Positions 48,791 to 61,700 of a stretch of DNA of 64,000 bases are shown piece after piece (within the stretch, counting starts at the first letter, position 1; each line of letters starts with the position of its first letter). The notes under the pieces were generated by a model, which made no database searches, was not told the origin of the DNA, and saw nothing but the letters and a program-made list of their open reading frames with translations. The stretch spans positions 13,459,553-13,523,552 of the forward strand of contig NC_134028.1 of the NCBI RefSeq assembly GCF_964204645.1. The letters run 5' to 3'. This DNA comes from Tubulanus polymorphus. Taxonomy: Eukaryota; Animalia; Nemertea. Made by a program: the position numbers and the translations under genes.

Positions 48791-50056
48791 TCTAATATAT
48801 AACACTGTGTAATTGAGAATTTGTAATATTTGATTGCGCATCAGATATAATATAATTGTGCATTTTGAAATCTTTGCTTCCTTTTTTCTTTTTCATGAAT
48901 AATTGTATCCAATCTTTTGTATTTTGTAATTTTTTCCCCAGAACCATGTAATAAATTATCTTCAGTGGTTCGAAAATCTAACCATAATGCATATTTATTA
49001 CCAGTATAGTAATCAATTTATTAATAGTAATAGAGTAATATTACAATTTTCAGATGATTTTACTTTTTCATTCATAAAATGTTTTCAAAAATTCTGGCCA
49101 CTGATCTATCATTCTCATTCCTTGGCAAAATATTTTATTTGCTATACCTTCAAATGTTATTTCTACTTTTGATATTTCAGGATTATAATAATTATCAACA
49201 TTTATTGCGCCATTAGAATATGTTGCAATTGTAAAAAATATTATTATACCTTAAAAATAGATCTTCTTGAAAAGTTAATATTTTCATTAATTATTTCATC
49301 ATTTGCATTAGTAGTTACAGTTTTAAATTTATCAATATAATCATATAATAATGAAAATCCTTGATTATATTGAGTTTGAATTATGCTAGCAATATTTTCA
49401 TCAGTTACTGTATCATATTCTAAACATATATTCGATAATTTATAACCCATATCTTTAACAACGCTAGATAATACAATTTCATTAACAGGGGCAAATGTTA
49501 TTTCGAATATAATATCTTCTTGAATTGCATATTTATATAATGGTGCATTGTTACTTATCAATTCAAAATCTAATGGAATTTTATATTTGCTACCATGAAT
49601 CCTTTTAATCAAATTATCTATGCCATTAGTTATTATTGCATTATTAGCTTCTCACCTTAATTTATTTTGGTTTTCTGATTGGACGCCTTGAAATATCATA
49701 TTATTTCTATTTTCTTTTGTTAACCATAAATCTTTATAAGGCATAAATAAATTATAATCATCCAATGAAAAAACTGTTTCTGGACCAATCTTTATAGTTA
49801 ACTTCTTAATTAAGTATCTTCCAACATTATCGATAACATAATTATTATTATTGCCAGTTACTTTTATATCGGCTGATAAATAAATACTATTCGGAACATA
49901 AAAAGTATTTTGTGTTAATCGAGGAATTCTAACATATAAAGTTTCATCAGGATTAATATAAGAAGGATTATGAGTAATTATATGATGAGATCTTTCTGCT
50001 TCAATAGCATTAGATATTCTTGAATTCTTAGAAGGATTTATATAACTCCCGCTCAT
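48791..50056 (-). pseudogene. Major capsid protein, copy D (stops and frameshifts)
   Basis: Collinear with 18812-20059. Confidence 0.82.
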
Positions 50057-50744
50057 TTATTTAAGAGAAAAATTTATTATTTATTTTTTATCATATCAAC
50101 TAATCCAAAAATAATTGCACTTACAACTGTAATTAAAAATGAAATTATATGTTCAGCAGCAAAGTTATGAATATTTCCAGCAGATGTTAAAACAAAACCA
50201 ACAATTGATGCAATACACCCTTCTCGTAAAGATGGCAGCAGCGGTCGATAATTTACTTGTCACGTCATCTGGTGAGCGATCAATTCCGGGTTGATGGGCG
50301 GTTGATGGCGGTTCGTGGGATTTTTTTATGCAGAACTTACACGATGGATGCAAGTTAGTAGTCTATTGTATTCTTTGTTCCATTTAAGTGGGGATATATG
50401 AATAGAGGTCAACGTGTGCATAGAACGATAATTCAGCTGTTAACAAAAAACGGCCTGTTTGTCGCAGCACAAAGGGAAAATGGCCACTTCCACTGTCTGA
50501 TAATAATAGGCCTACGTTAAATCGAGTCAAGCTCGAGTCTCCCCTGCGGTGTTTCTTTTATTGAACAAGTGAATCTATAGGCTTATAATAGTGTGTAGTA
50601 ATCATTACGAGACTATAGAATGTGAAGCAACAAAAAAAGAAAGTGACTAGTCTAGTGTATGAAAAAGAACCATAGTCTGACTTGCAAATTTATTTCTGGC
50701 TATTTTAGTATTTACATCAAATAATTATTTCACGCTTTTTAGGA

Positions 50745-51055
50745 CAAGGCAGTAGTTCGTCCGGAATTAGTCGTCAACCATTAGTTTTCACATCAGGCAG
50801 TAGTTCGTCCGGGATTAGTCGTAAACCAGTAGTTTCCACATCAGGCAGTTGTTCGTCCGGGATTAGTCATCAACCAGTAGTTTCCACATCAGGCAGTAGT
50901 TCGTCCGTGATTAGTCATCAACCAGTAATTTCCACATCAGGCAGTAGTTCGTCCGTGATTAGTCAGCAACCAGTAGTTTCCACATCAGGCAGTAGTTCGT
51001 CCGGGATAAGTCGTCAGCCAGTAGTTTTCACGTCGGGCAGTAGTTCGTCCGGTTT
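50745..51055 (+). repeat. 51-bp tandem repeat (about 6 units, GSSSSGISRQPVVSTS), probable exon of the SWIM-YqaJ gene
   Basis: Repeated CAGGCAGTAGTTCGTCCG...; preceded by a TTTTTAG acceptor and followed by a GTGAG donor at about 51096. Confidence 0.7.
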
Positions 51056-51739
51056 TACTGCTAGTTCTACCGTTTGCCTTTGTACTTGCATTGAGGTGAG
51101 TTATTTAACCTTTTAACTCTATTCTTTCTTAATTTCAAAAGACAGTGACTACAGGTATGACAGTTCGCTAATTGATTATTTCGTGAACTATTTCAGCTGT
51201 GTGTTGGTGATACCCGGAGCTGATCTTAAAAAGCCAGTAAGAGACACAAAAAAGTGAACTACAGTTATGGCTTAAATGTCGTGGTCTCAAGTACAAGTCG
51301 GCTGACACAAGAGATGTTTTAATTAATAGGTAGGCCTACTTAGATTTAGTTTCATTTAAATTTCAAAAAGTAACAAATCATTTTTCAGGATAATTGATAG
51401 GGGGGCGTACTCATCACTTCGACGGTCCATTTCTTCGATGGTTAACTATGACTAATCTTAATCGTCCTCCAAGTCGTCGGAGTATTGGACTGCCGGAGTA
51501 ACTGCATGAATTATAAGAAATTTCTTTATTATTATTTTTGTATCTTTTCATTTTTAGGGTAAAAGAAAACATGAGAAACGTTCACAAAATAGTTGATCCC
51601 GACCCATCCATGTCATACACCAAGATGAAGGAATCAAAATGCAAATTGTGCAGCAATAAACAGAAAAAGGCACAACCCATATCTGAGACATTACCGTTAA
51701 TCAGTACTGATAAATTGGAGTGGAGAATTTCGGCGAACA

Positions 51740-53240
51740 TTGACATATCTTTCTATTAGAACTCACGTACAATCGTCAGGCCGTAAGATAAATGAAGGGA
51801 CTTATATTGAAAAAACTCTAGCTAAAGGTTATAAATTTATTATGAGAACTACATTCATAATGTTTCCTCCGCGTATGATGAAAAAAGAAGATATGTTTCC
51901 TAAAATGTTTGTGCTTCAAGTTGCAGAAAAAGAGGCGCCTCATAGTTCATCCTGTACTATAAATGAAGATGGCATTATCGTCAATGCTAAATGTTCGTTT
52001 AAGGCTGGGCAGAGTGGTCATTGTAACCATGTTATAGGGTTGCTTTTTTATTATGTCATTGTAATAACATGGGGCTTAAGGAGTTTCCAAAATCTGGCAC
52101 CTGTGCGGAAAACCCACAAAAATGGCATAGGCCCAGAACAGCAGGCTTGGCAGGCGAACCGATCATGGGATACTGTGTAATGAAGCCGCAGTATGAAAAG
52201 GGATTACGAAACACCTTGTTTGAGGCAAGGGGCCCAGCAGTACGAGATATCACTGGTGCCGATCTACTTTTCGAAGAATTGAAAGGTATAAACCAAAATT
52301 TTGGTCTTTGTAAAAACCTTAACTTGGATTTTAAGGAAGTCGTAGAAACTAAAATGGGATTCGAATGTCCAATTGGTTCGACATTATGTCATCAATTGGC
52401 TGTAATTGAAGGAAACGTGACTGTTTCGTGTTGTTTAGATGCATTGCCAGTAGAGAAAAGAATTCCCACCTCGTCTCTTATTTTCCCAGATTTACCTCTC
52501 TCAACTGACAATGTTGAACCAGATAGAAAATTCAAGTTACCGACTGGAACGCTTGTTCCCGACATGTGTAAAAGTCTATCAGATTGTGTGGCCATAGAAA
52601 ACTGTTGGTCAAAATTCCAACACAAAATGGTTTGAGGCTCGAAAAAATGTGATAACGAGCAGCAATTTTGGTAATATTTTGAAACGAAAATCCCCTCAGT
52701 GGACTTTGCCAAACCCTTGCAGGTTTCTAAAGACCTTTCCCATGTGCCAGCGATTAAATATGGCAGGGAATATGAGTCAATAGCAGTTGATCGGTATATA
52801 GAGTACATGTGTAAAAGTGGCAACCCTGTTAGCTGTTTCGAGTCAGGTTTGATTATTCATCCAGATTTGTCTTGGTTAGGTTGTTCACCAGACCGAAAAG
52901 TTATAGATAAGAAGGCTGGAATAGGTATTTTAGAAGTAAAATGCCCATACAAGTTTAGGGATGTCAAGCCACAAGCAGCAATTTCAGACCCATCATTTTG
53001 TTGTAAATATAGCAATGGAAAATATTTTTTTTAAAGGAAACACATGACTATTACGCTCAAATACAAGGCCAAATGGCACTCACAGGCATATCTTGGTGTG
53101 ACTTCCTTGTATTTACTCAAAAGGGCATGCTTATCATACGAATAAATTACGACTCTGATTTTTGGATGAAAACTGCAGTTAAACTTTTTTAAGTTAAATT
53201 TTTATTGTAAATATTTTAAACCTGCCCTCGAGTCCCAGCT
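51740..53240 (+). pseudogene. SWIM zinc finger plus YqaJ (lambda-exonuclease-like) protein
   Basis: AKCSxKAGQSGHCNHV; YGREYE; GCSPD; LEVKCPY; YYAQIQGQMALTGISWCDF. Confidence 0.82.
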
Positions 53241-53489
53241 GCAAACTGCGCTTGACTAATCCTTTTTAGCCAACTGAAGCCACATCCCGAGTGGGCATGG
53301 TGTCCAAGTGAGAAACAAGGTATGAGAAGAAAAAATTAATAACGAAATTATTTTAATAATATATACATATGAATTCTATTTTTCTGTGTTATATTACATT
53401 ATTTCTACAATCTCGTTAAAAATGCAAAAATCCTGATTATTGGATGCTTCCTGTAGAAAGGCCCATTGTGATATGATTTTTAATCTGAG

Positions 53490-54118
53490 ACAGATATGAT
53501 GGGATTTTGAAATAAGGTTAATAGGGCACATGCTGTTCAGATTTGATTGATCGAACCACTTAAGCTCAATGGTATAACTTGATCGAAAATGTGGAAACTT
53601 TTCACCTTATTAAATACCCTTTCGACATGAATGCGTTCAGCCGCAACCGACTGCGTTTTTGCAACATCTTTGGAAGACATTTGGTCTTGCATTTGCAGGA
53701 ACGGTGGAATATTGAGATGAAACCCCATAGGGTCCAACAGATCGTGAATATCAAAACCTTTATCTGCCATTATATCGTCACCTTTATTTAAGGGTAATCT
53801 TAAAATTCCACTTTTTATTGTTATTACCCGGTCAGAAATGTTACCTGTATATGATTGCTATACAAAACTTAAGTGACCAGAAGGGGCTATACCTATCAGT
53901 CCCTTCAAGGTATTACTGCTTTTATAATTTGAATACGACTTGGATTTTAATACTAACGACGAAGGCATCTCACACTTCGGTTTAAAGCTGGACGGCATCG
54001 AAGTAACAATTTGATCTTCTGTAGGCCATATCGGTAGCATGCCAAGCCTCAAATAAATAAAATTAGCCCATGTAATTATTATTCGGCAAGCTGTTGCTAC
54101 AGACACATTAAATCTATT
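53490..54118 (-). pseudogene. Harbinger/IS5-family DDE transposase fragment
   Basis: YSNYKSSNTLKGLIGIAPSG; MADKGF; LNIPPF; RIHVER. Confidence 0.85.
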
Positions 54119-54501
54119 CGGTTCCTGAACTTCGCTGAAAAAGCTGAAACGCTGAAATTAAAACGCTGAAATTTCAGGGAATTTTCGATAAATGCCGAAA
54201 TTTCAGGGAATTCCCGAAAAACCCTGAAATCGTGCTAGGTGCCGACAATACACGTTTTGAAATATTTTCCGAACCGTGTTTTAGTCTCGACTTTCGGTTA
54301 CAGAGACATGACATCTGACCGTTCATGTATAAAACATGATTACGTCACGAGCAACTTTTCTTTTGTCAACACGTTGATGGGCGACGGACTATGGTATTCT
54401 CTGAAGGAGGTTAATTAAATTTGACAGCTAGTTATATAAATGATTCAGCTTTTGGACAAAAGGGATCTAATTGCATTTCTTGGTATGACTGCAGTTTAGG
54501 T

Positions 54502-57113
54502 CGGTTCCTGAACTTCGCTGAAAAGGCTGAATCACTGAAACGCTGAAACGCTGAAATAAAAGCGCTGAAATTTCAGGGAATTTCCGAAAAACGCCGAAAT
54601 TTCAGGGAATTCCCGAAAAACGCTGAAATCGTGCTAGGTACCAATAATACACGTTTTGAAATATTTTCCGGGCCGGTGTCCGCTGCCGAGTCCTGAACCG
54701 TGTTTTAGTCTCTACCTTCGGTTACAGAGACATGCATGGACAGTATGTGTGGAGTATACTTCTAAAGGGCCACTTGTTGGACTAATTAAATCGCTTGAAA
54801 TCCGGATTTTTAATGCATACAGGCAGCATAATGAGGAAAACCCATTCACAAACCGTGCAAGCCAACTTAAACACTATGAGTATGCTCAATATTCCCTGCA
54901 AGACGCAAAATATCTTATTTGAACGTTCATGTATAAAACATGGAGCAACTTTTCTTTTGTCAACATGTTGATGGGCGACGGACTATGTCACTGTGGTATT
55001 CTCTGAAGGAGGTAAATTAAATTTGACAGCTAGTTATATAAATGATGCAGCTTTTGGACAAAAGGGATCTAACTAAATTTCTTTATAATTCACTGTGAAA
55101 TGGAATGGAATGGATTGACGCCAATGGCATGCAGTAGGCCCCTACGTATGGGTCATACTAATTAGCGTCAACCAATTAATCTAAATCGGGCAAACCATTC
55201 AACAACTGTGAATAATTAATTTGCTGTGGCGTGATAATAATTAGTTTTTTTGAAGAAATGACATACCAACTGTTAGAAAAATATACCGATTCTTATTTTA
55301 GACTACTACTGAATCTATAAAAGGAGGAGTCATAGACAAAGTTGATTTGCTTAGCTGGAGACACTTCTTGTCAAGTACATCATCTCAAGTACTGGGTGTT
55401 TTGTAAGTTTCAATATTTATTTACTAAGTGCTGTTTTCTCGGACCTCAGTGCTTTCAAACTAGGCCCACCCCATAGGCTATATAGTCCAGGGTGTATTAG
55501 CCACTATTCTTTTATATCCTACTAAAATGCACCTTTTTCTATCTTTAGATTCAGGCTTAGAACGTGCAAATTTTTTGAGATACTGAGAAATCAGATGGCA
55601 CCAGTAAACTTCAACTGCGAAATTTGCAGTAGGATAGCTGAACGACACAATTTTTAAAAATAAAATGGCTATTCGAATGCTATTTCAATAATAACTTGAT
55701 TCAACCAGAGAGAAATAAGTAAATTCCGGATGTACAGTACACCCACTTTTCTTCCCTGTTTCCTGGTACCAAATTTTTAGTCTTAAGCTAAGCGATATTC
55801 TAAGGTATGCTAGTGGATTTCATTAGAATATGAAGCAATGGAACCAGAATTCTAGCCAGAGTTAAGCGAACTATTGATTCTGATATAATGTAAGTACTGA
55901 TTTCCTTTGTGTACTCTTGCAGAATGTGTTATGTATTATTTCAAGCTGTTAAATAATATAGTTAGACAAACGTCCAATTATTGGATCTTTCTTGTTGACT
56001 CGTTTAATTTTGTGAGTTAGGAGTTCCAGTCAATCCACAATGTGCAGTGCCTAGCCTTCATCTACACTAAAGCCAAGCCTGTGTATGGGAAAATATCGTT
56101 CGACTCCTATAGGCCAGACAAATCAAAGCATGCAATACATTGCAGATAGTAGTCTCCGGCAAGTCGAAAGAGAAAGTAAACCAGGTTCCGGGAACAAAGA
56201 CACTTAAATACTCCTTCCTCCTTGTAGAAATTGTAGAAATATGGCACCCAATCGTAGCAATGCTAAGTACAGTATACTATGACGGTTGAACCTTTATTAA
56301 CGAATTTCAATGACACCGAAAATAGAATCAAAATAATCATTAGTTCCATGCTAGCACTTAATTTGGGTTATCAGGTTCAGCCTAACTGTACTTTCATTCA
56401 GCTACTACTTGTATGAGACTTGGCAATGATAAGTTGCAAGAAATCACCAAACATAAGAAAAAATATTGTGAATTAATATTACTGTAATTAAGAATTTTTC
56501 AAATGAAGTGATAACTTCATTAATAGATCGTGCCGGTATATGCACATAAAACTATGGCAAAAAAACATCTAACAATCACAGGCACTCGCCGATGGGCTTG
56601 GGATACAGTTGCTGGGGTTTTTGATAGTGTATTTGTGTTTTGAGTGGTTATTCTGCAATAAATCCGAGAAAAAACGTCTTGGTACTGATACGTTTATAAA
56701 GATAATGGCCGCTGGCTCCACACACGGCGACCTCACAAAATACTGAACAAACTTCGTTTTTCAATCTAAAATCAAAACTTTTATTTTATATGACACTTAC
56801 TAGTGATATGACCCCAGCAACTGTATCCCAAGCCCATCGGCGAGTGCCTGTGTAACAATCCACGCAATATCCGCAATCGATCAATTCGATCATGACGACG
56901 ACCTTAAGGCATGTCTCTGTAACCGAAGGTAGAGCATAAAACACGGTTCAGGACTCGTCAGCGGACACCGGCCCGGAAAACATTTCAAAACGTGTATTGT
57001 CGGTACCTAGCACGATTTCAGCGTTTTTCGGGAATTCCCTGAAATTTCGGCGTTTTTATTTCAGCGTTTCAGCTTTTCAGTGTTTCAGCTTTTTCAGCGA
57101 AGTTCAGGAACCG
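54502..57113 (+). mobile_element. Complete non-autonomous long-TIR DNA transposon with 9-bp TSD (MULE-like)
   Basis: CGGTTCCTGAACTTCG...CGAAGTTCAGGAACCG with roughly 200-bp TIRs; TSD AGTTTAGGT at 54493-54501 and 57114-57122. Confidence 0.88.
56577..56852. mobile_element. 276-bp MITE with 7-bp TSD
   Basis: About 40-bp TIRs CACAGGCACTCGCCGATGGG...; TSD TAACAAT; empty site in the sister copy at about 44596. Confidence 0.85.
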
Positions 57114-58760
57114 AGTTTAGGTGTCCCTAATGGTTATGTACCTAACCTTACCATTACACTATTCTTTAATGACACTAACGCCACCCAGTGGATAGGTGAC
57201 CCAAATTACAGTTAGACCCATACGAATTAGCGTTAACCAATTAATCTAAATCGGGCAAACCATTCAACAACTGTGAATAATTTATTTGCTGTGGTGTGAT
57301 AATAATTAGTTTTTTTTTTAAAGAAATGACATACCAACTGTTAGAAAAATGTACCGATTCTTATTTTAAGACTACTACTGTATCTATAAAAGGAAGAATC
57401 ATAGACAAAGTTGATTTGCTTAGCTGGACCCACTTCTTGTCAAGTACATCATCTCAAGTACTGGATGTAAGTTTAATTTCAGTATTTATTTACAAAGTGC
57501 TGTGCCCTCGGACCTCAGTGCTTTCAAACTAGGCCCACCCACCCCATAGGCTATATAGTCCAGGGTGTATTAGCCACTATTCTTTTGTTTCCTACTTAAA
57601 TGCACCTTTTTCTATTTTTAGACTCGGGGTAAGAATGTGCAAATTCTTTGAGATACTGAGAAATCAGATGGCACCAGTAAACTTCAGCTGCGAAATTTGT
57701 AGCAGGATAGCTGAACGACACAATTTTTAAAAATAAAATGGCTATTCGAATGCTATTTCAGTAATAACTTGGTTCAACCGGAGAGAAATAAGTCAATTGC
57801 GGATGTACAGTACACCCACTTTTCTTCCCCCTTTTCCTGGTACCAAATTCTTAGTCTTAACCTAAGCGATATTCTAAGGTATGCTACTGGATTTCATTAG
57901 AATATGAAGCAATGTAACCAGAATTCAAGCCTGAGTTAAGCGAACTATTGATTCCGATATAATGTAAGAACTAATTTCCTTTGTGTACTCTTGCAGAATG
58001 TGTTATGTATTATTTTAAACTGTTAAATAATATAGTTAGACAAACGTTCAATTATTGGATCTTTCTTGTTGACTCGTTTAATTTTGTCTAGAGTTCCAGT
58101 CAATCCACAATGTGCAGTGCCTAGCCTTCTACACTTCTACACATCATCTATACTAAAATCAAGCCTGTGTATGGGAAAATGTCGTTCGACTCTTATAAGC
58201 CAGACAAATCAAAGCATGCAATACATTGCAAATAGTGGTCTCCAGCAAGTTAAAAGATAAAAATAAACCAGGATTTACCCCGTACTCTACCTGGGAATGA
58301 AAGACACTTCAAGACTCCTTCCTCCTTGTAGAAATATGGCACCCAATCGTAGCAATGCTAAGTACAGTATACTATGACGGTTGAACCTTTATTAACGAAT
58401 TTCAACCGAAAATAGAATCAAAATAATCGTAAGTTCCATGCTAGCACTTAATTTGGGTTATCGGGTTCAGCCTATCTGTACTTCACATTCAGCAACTACT
58501 TGTATGATAAGTTGCAAGAAATCACCAAACATAAGAAAAAATATTGAGAATTGATATTAAACGCAGTCTCAAATGTTTTGTGACTTTCTCAAAATGTATC
58601 AAAAATTTAACTAATTTTTAGTTCATAAGTCCTCAAATATTCATAAATGAACAGTTAAAAATTGTTGAAACATGTCGACTCTGCCGTAAAATCAACCTAT
58701 TAACAGTCCGGAATTTGGGATAATATTGGGCTTTAGAGAACATAATGCCCCCGAGGTCTT

Positions 58761-61700
58761 CACATTTACAGAAAAGATTACGTAAGTGATTCACACGCAG
58801 CGCGCGATAGGCGCACAATAGAAATCTGAGCCGCGCGTTCTTTGAGTGTCACCAATTAAGAGGACCGCTATTGTGAAAATTGACTGCGGGAGGAATATTC
58901 CTCCCAATGTCAATCGATGGAAACTTGACCATGGGGCCCGATATTTTAACAATTGACTTTGGGAGGAATATTCCTCCCAAGGTCAAACGAAGAGAATTTG
59001 ACCTTCAGGTCTGATATTCAAAGTATCGACGTCGGGAGGAATGTTCCTCCCTATGTCAAACCATCGACGTATAATCTAGTTTATACGTCCATGGTCAAAC
59101 GAAGGAAAATGGACCTGGTCTGATATTCGAAATATTGTCATTTGTCAACTGAAGGAAAATGAACCCGAGTCTTAGATTCAAAGTATATTGATTTAGGGAG
59201 GAATTTTTCCTCCCACCATTAAACGCTATAACCTGAAATTTTAGAAAGATAGTTGTTTTGGGTGTAATTAGTTTTTTTAAAGCCATAAAGCCGGTAGATT
59301 TATGAATTTCGAGTGATACGATACACAGTGTTCGAGGTAATGAGACGGTATGAGACATAGGCCTACATACAATTTTAGAAAACTAAATAGATTTTGTATT
59401 TTCTTTGTCTAACAGTAAATTGCTATAACTTTGTTGACAATCAATTGTAATCAGATTGTAATCAGGCCCTTCCCGATAAACATGTAGAGGGGAAATCGTA
59501 ATTAAAACACGTGCATAACATAGAAATTAAGTTTTGATTATACATGGAATATATTAGGACTGCTTACAAATTTTCACTAGACTGCGATAAATCTAAATAG
59601 CTTAACGGCATGAGTTTAGCTAATTTACGGGTTTAAAGGTTCATTTTCAGAGTCAATGGACGTAATTTGATAAATGCATTCTTTAAATGGAAATTCTATA
59701 GTAATCGATACAAATCATTTATATTAAGTGTTTTGTGTTAATTAAGAATGGTCATTCAAGGATTAAAGATCATTATGAAGCTGATACATTTCATTCGTGT
59801 GGATTCTTCTCTCATCACTAGTGTTAATAGGAGATTCGCGTGTCACGCATGATAAAAAAAGATTATTCGAGTCGTATTTCTTTCATTTACGGTCGCAAAT
59901 TAGGCATTGTCCTAGTGAGCATTATTCTCATTTATACGTAAAAGTGTATTCGGTATGAGGGTTTGTTTCTTTCTTCACTCCTTTATATACAATTCAGAAA
60001 TAGGAGTTGATAAGGAGGTTTTTACTCCTAACCGAACTCAGTTCCCATTCAGTTCAGTTCAAGTGTATATGCATGGAGATCTATGAAATAAGGGAAAATA
60101 CAATCCAGCCTACTAGCCACTGAACGTTAGCACCCAGAAAACATCAGGAATTTGCAGAGAGAAAACATTATGTTACAAAAATATCGGATAAAATTCATTC
60201 TAAACACGCGTTACTAAGCCCAGAACTCCAGATATCGGGATGTTATGTCTAAGGCAGATTTCTCCCTTTGTGACACAACCATTTAATTACTCATGTGACC
60301 ATCATGTTTAAACACCTCTCACAATCAAGCTTTAGATTAAGTGGCCTGTGGTATGAATGCTTTAGTATTGATTCATATAGGAAGCATTATAGTCTTTACA
60401 TTGAAATTAGTTGATAGAATGCATCTTACTTTTTCTCGACTTAAAAATTATTATTTGACTGACATACCACGGATTCGGGAACTAGTTGATTAAAAGCACA
60501 AACGCATGACGATGATCCCTAGGGTGAGATCGAAACGTCGTATCTTTTAAATATTTTAGATTTAATAAATAGATTCTGGTTTTTAAATTCTTTTAATCTG
60601 TATATAGTCGGATTTTATCTTATTATCCGTTCACCACGTTTGAGTGTGGTCATCGTTCTAAAACGCATATAGTCGCTATCCTGGTAATTAAATCGACTTA
60701 AAAATCGATTGATTGTTATTGAAATGATGAAAGTTTGAAAAAGACAATCAACGTTTTTATGAGATATATGTTTCGTTGTTCGTGATATTCAGCATACACC
60801 AATGTCCAGTAAAATTTAACAATTCAAAGTTATTACAAAACTTGCAAATTCTAATGTTTATTTAGCGGCAATTTTCCCCTTGCCATTTTTCCAACGTTTA
60901 TCCAAAGATTGAAATACTTCATTAATACTAAACTAATACTAAAAGTTATCGCACTGGTTTCAATAGTATTTCAAAGATATTTCAAATAAAAAGTTTCAAT
61001 AATTTATCGCATCGCACAGCAAAATCCGTGAAATACATTTTTGATTTACGGGTGCCAATCTTAAGGTCAATTAATTCGTATTATTAATACGTATATCCAA
61101 TTTATTCATATTTTACTGTCGAACACCGTAAGGATATCAATATGCCCATACAAACTATGCTATTTAAATTAAAACATACTACAAATTAACGTTTCATTGA
61201 TACTAAATTAGTATATATACATGTAGTTATTGCACAGCTTAGTGAAGGGGTTCATCGCACATTTCAAATATATTACACTAGCTTGAATCTAAAATATTTA
61301 ATATCAAAAGTACGTTATTTCTAATAATTCATGGCATCGCACAGCTGAAATTCAAAAATATTCCAGTTCGAATCTTAAGATATTACAAATAAAAGTTTAA
61401 TACTCTTATTAATTCTTACAATTTATTTTATCCGTAAGAATTTATCGCAACGAAAGATTTCATTTAAAAGTTCAAACATATTTCAGTCTCATTGCAAATT
61501 CGAGAAACATCGTGCTTTGACATGTTCTTGACAATCACCAAGTATGAATATTTGGGGGATTTTTACCCAGGGTATGTTAACCTAGGGTTTAGATTTTTTA
61601 GATTACAGGAAATCTTTACCAGGTGATCTTTTTTGAACGGATGAAGATATTTTGAAGGAGATATTCTGGGGGATTTTTAATTGTCATATCTAGCTACAGT

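Larger units (their letters stand above)
47020..50215. mobile_element. Polinton-like copy D fragment (rearranged)
   Basis: Integrase chromodomain tail and ATPase on +, then 11-bp repeats, repeat protein, MCP and the coiled-coil gene tail on -. Confidence 0.85.
50216..54118. mobile_element. ISL2EU-like (PIF/Harbinger-related) DNA transposon, degraded
   Basis: Convergent SWIM-YqaJ gene (+) and DDE_Tnp_4-like transposase (-); boundaries approximate. Confidence 0.7.
54119..58560 (+). mobile_element. Older copy of the long-TIR element, interrupted by a younger copy of itself
   Basis: TIR start at 54119; the body resumes after 57122 as a diverged duplicate of 55150-56480. Confidence 0.7.

Noticed and set aside
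60500-60545. Functional hammerhead ribozyme
   Set aside because: The CUGANGA core is altered (AUGACGA) and stems I and III could not be confirmed by eye.
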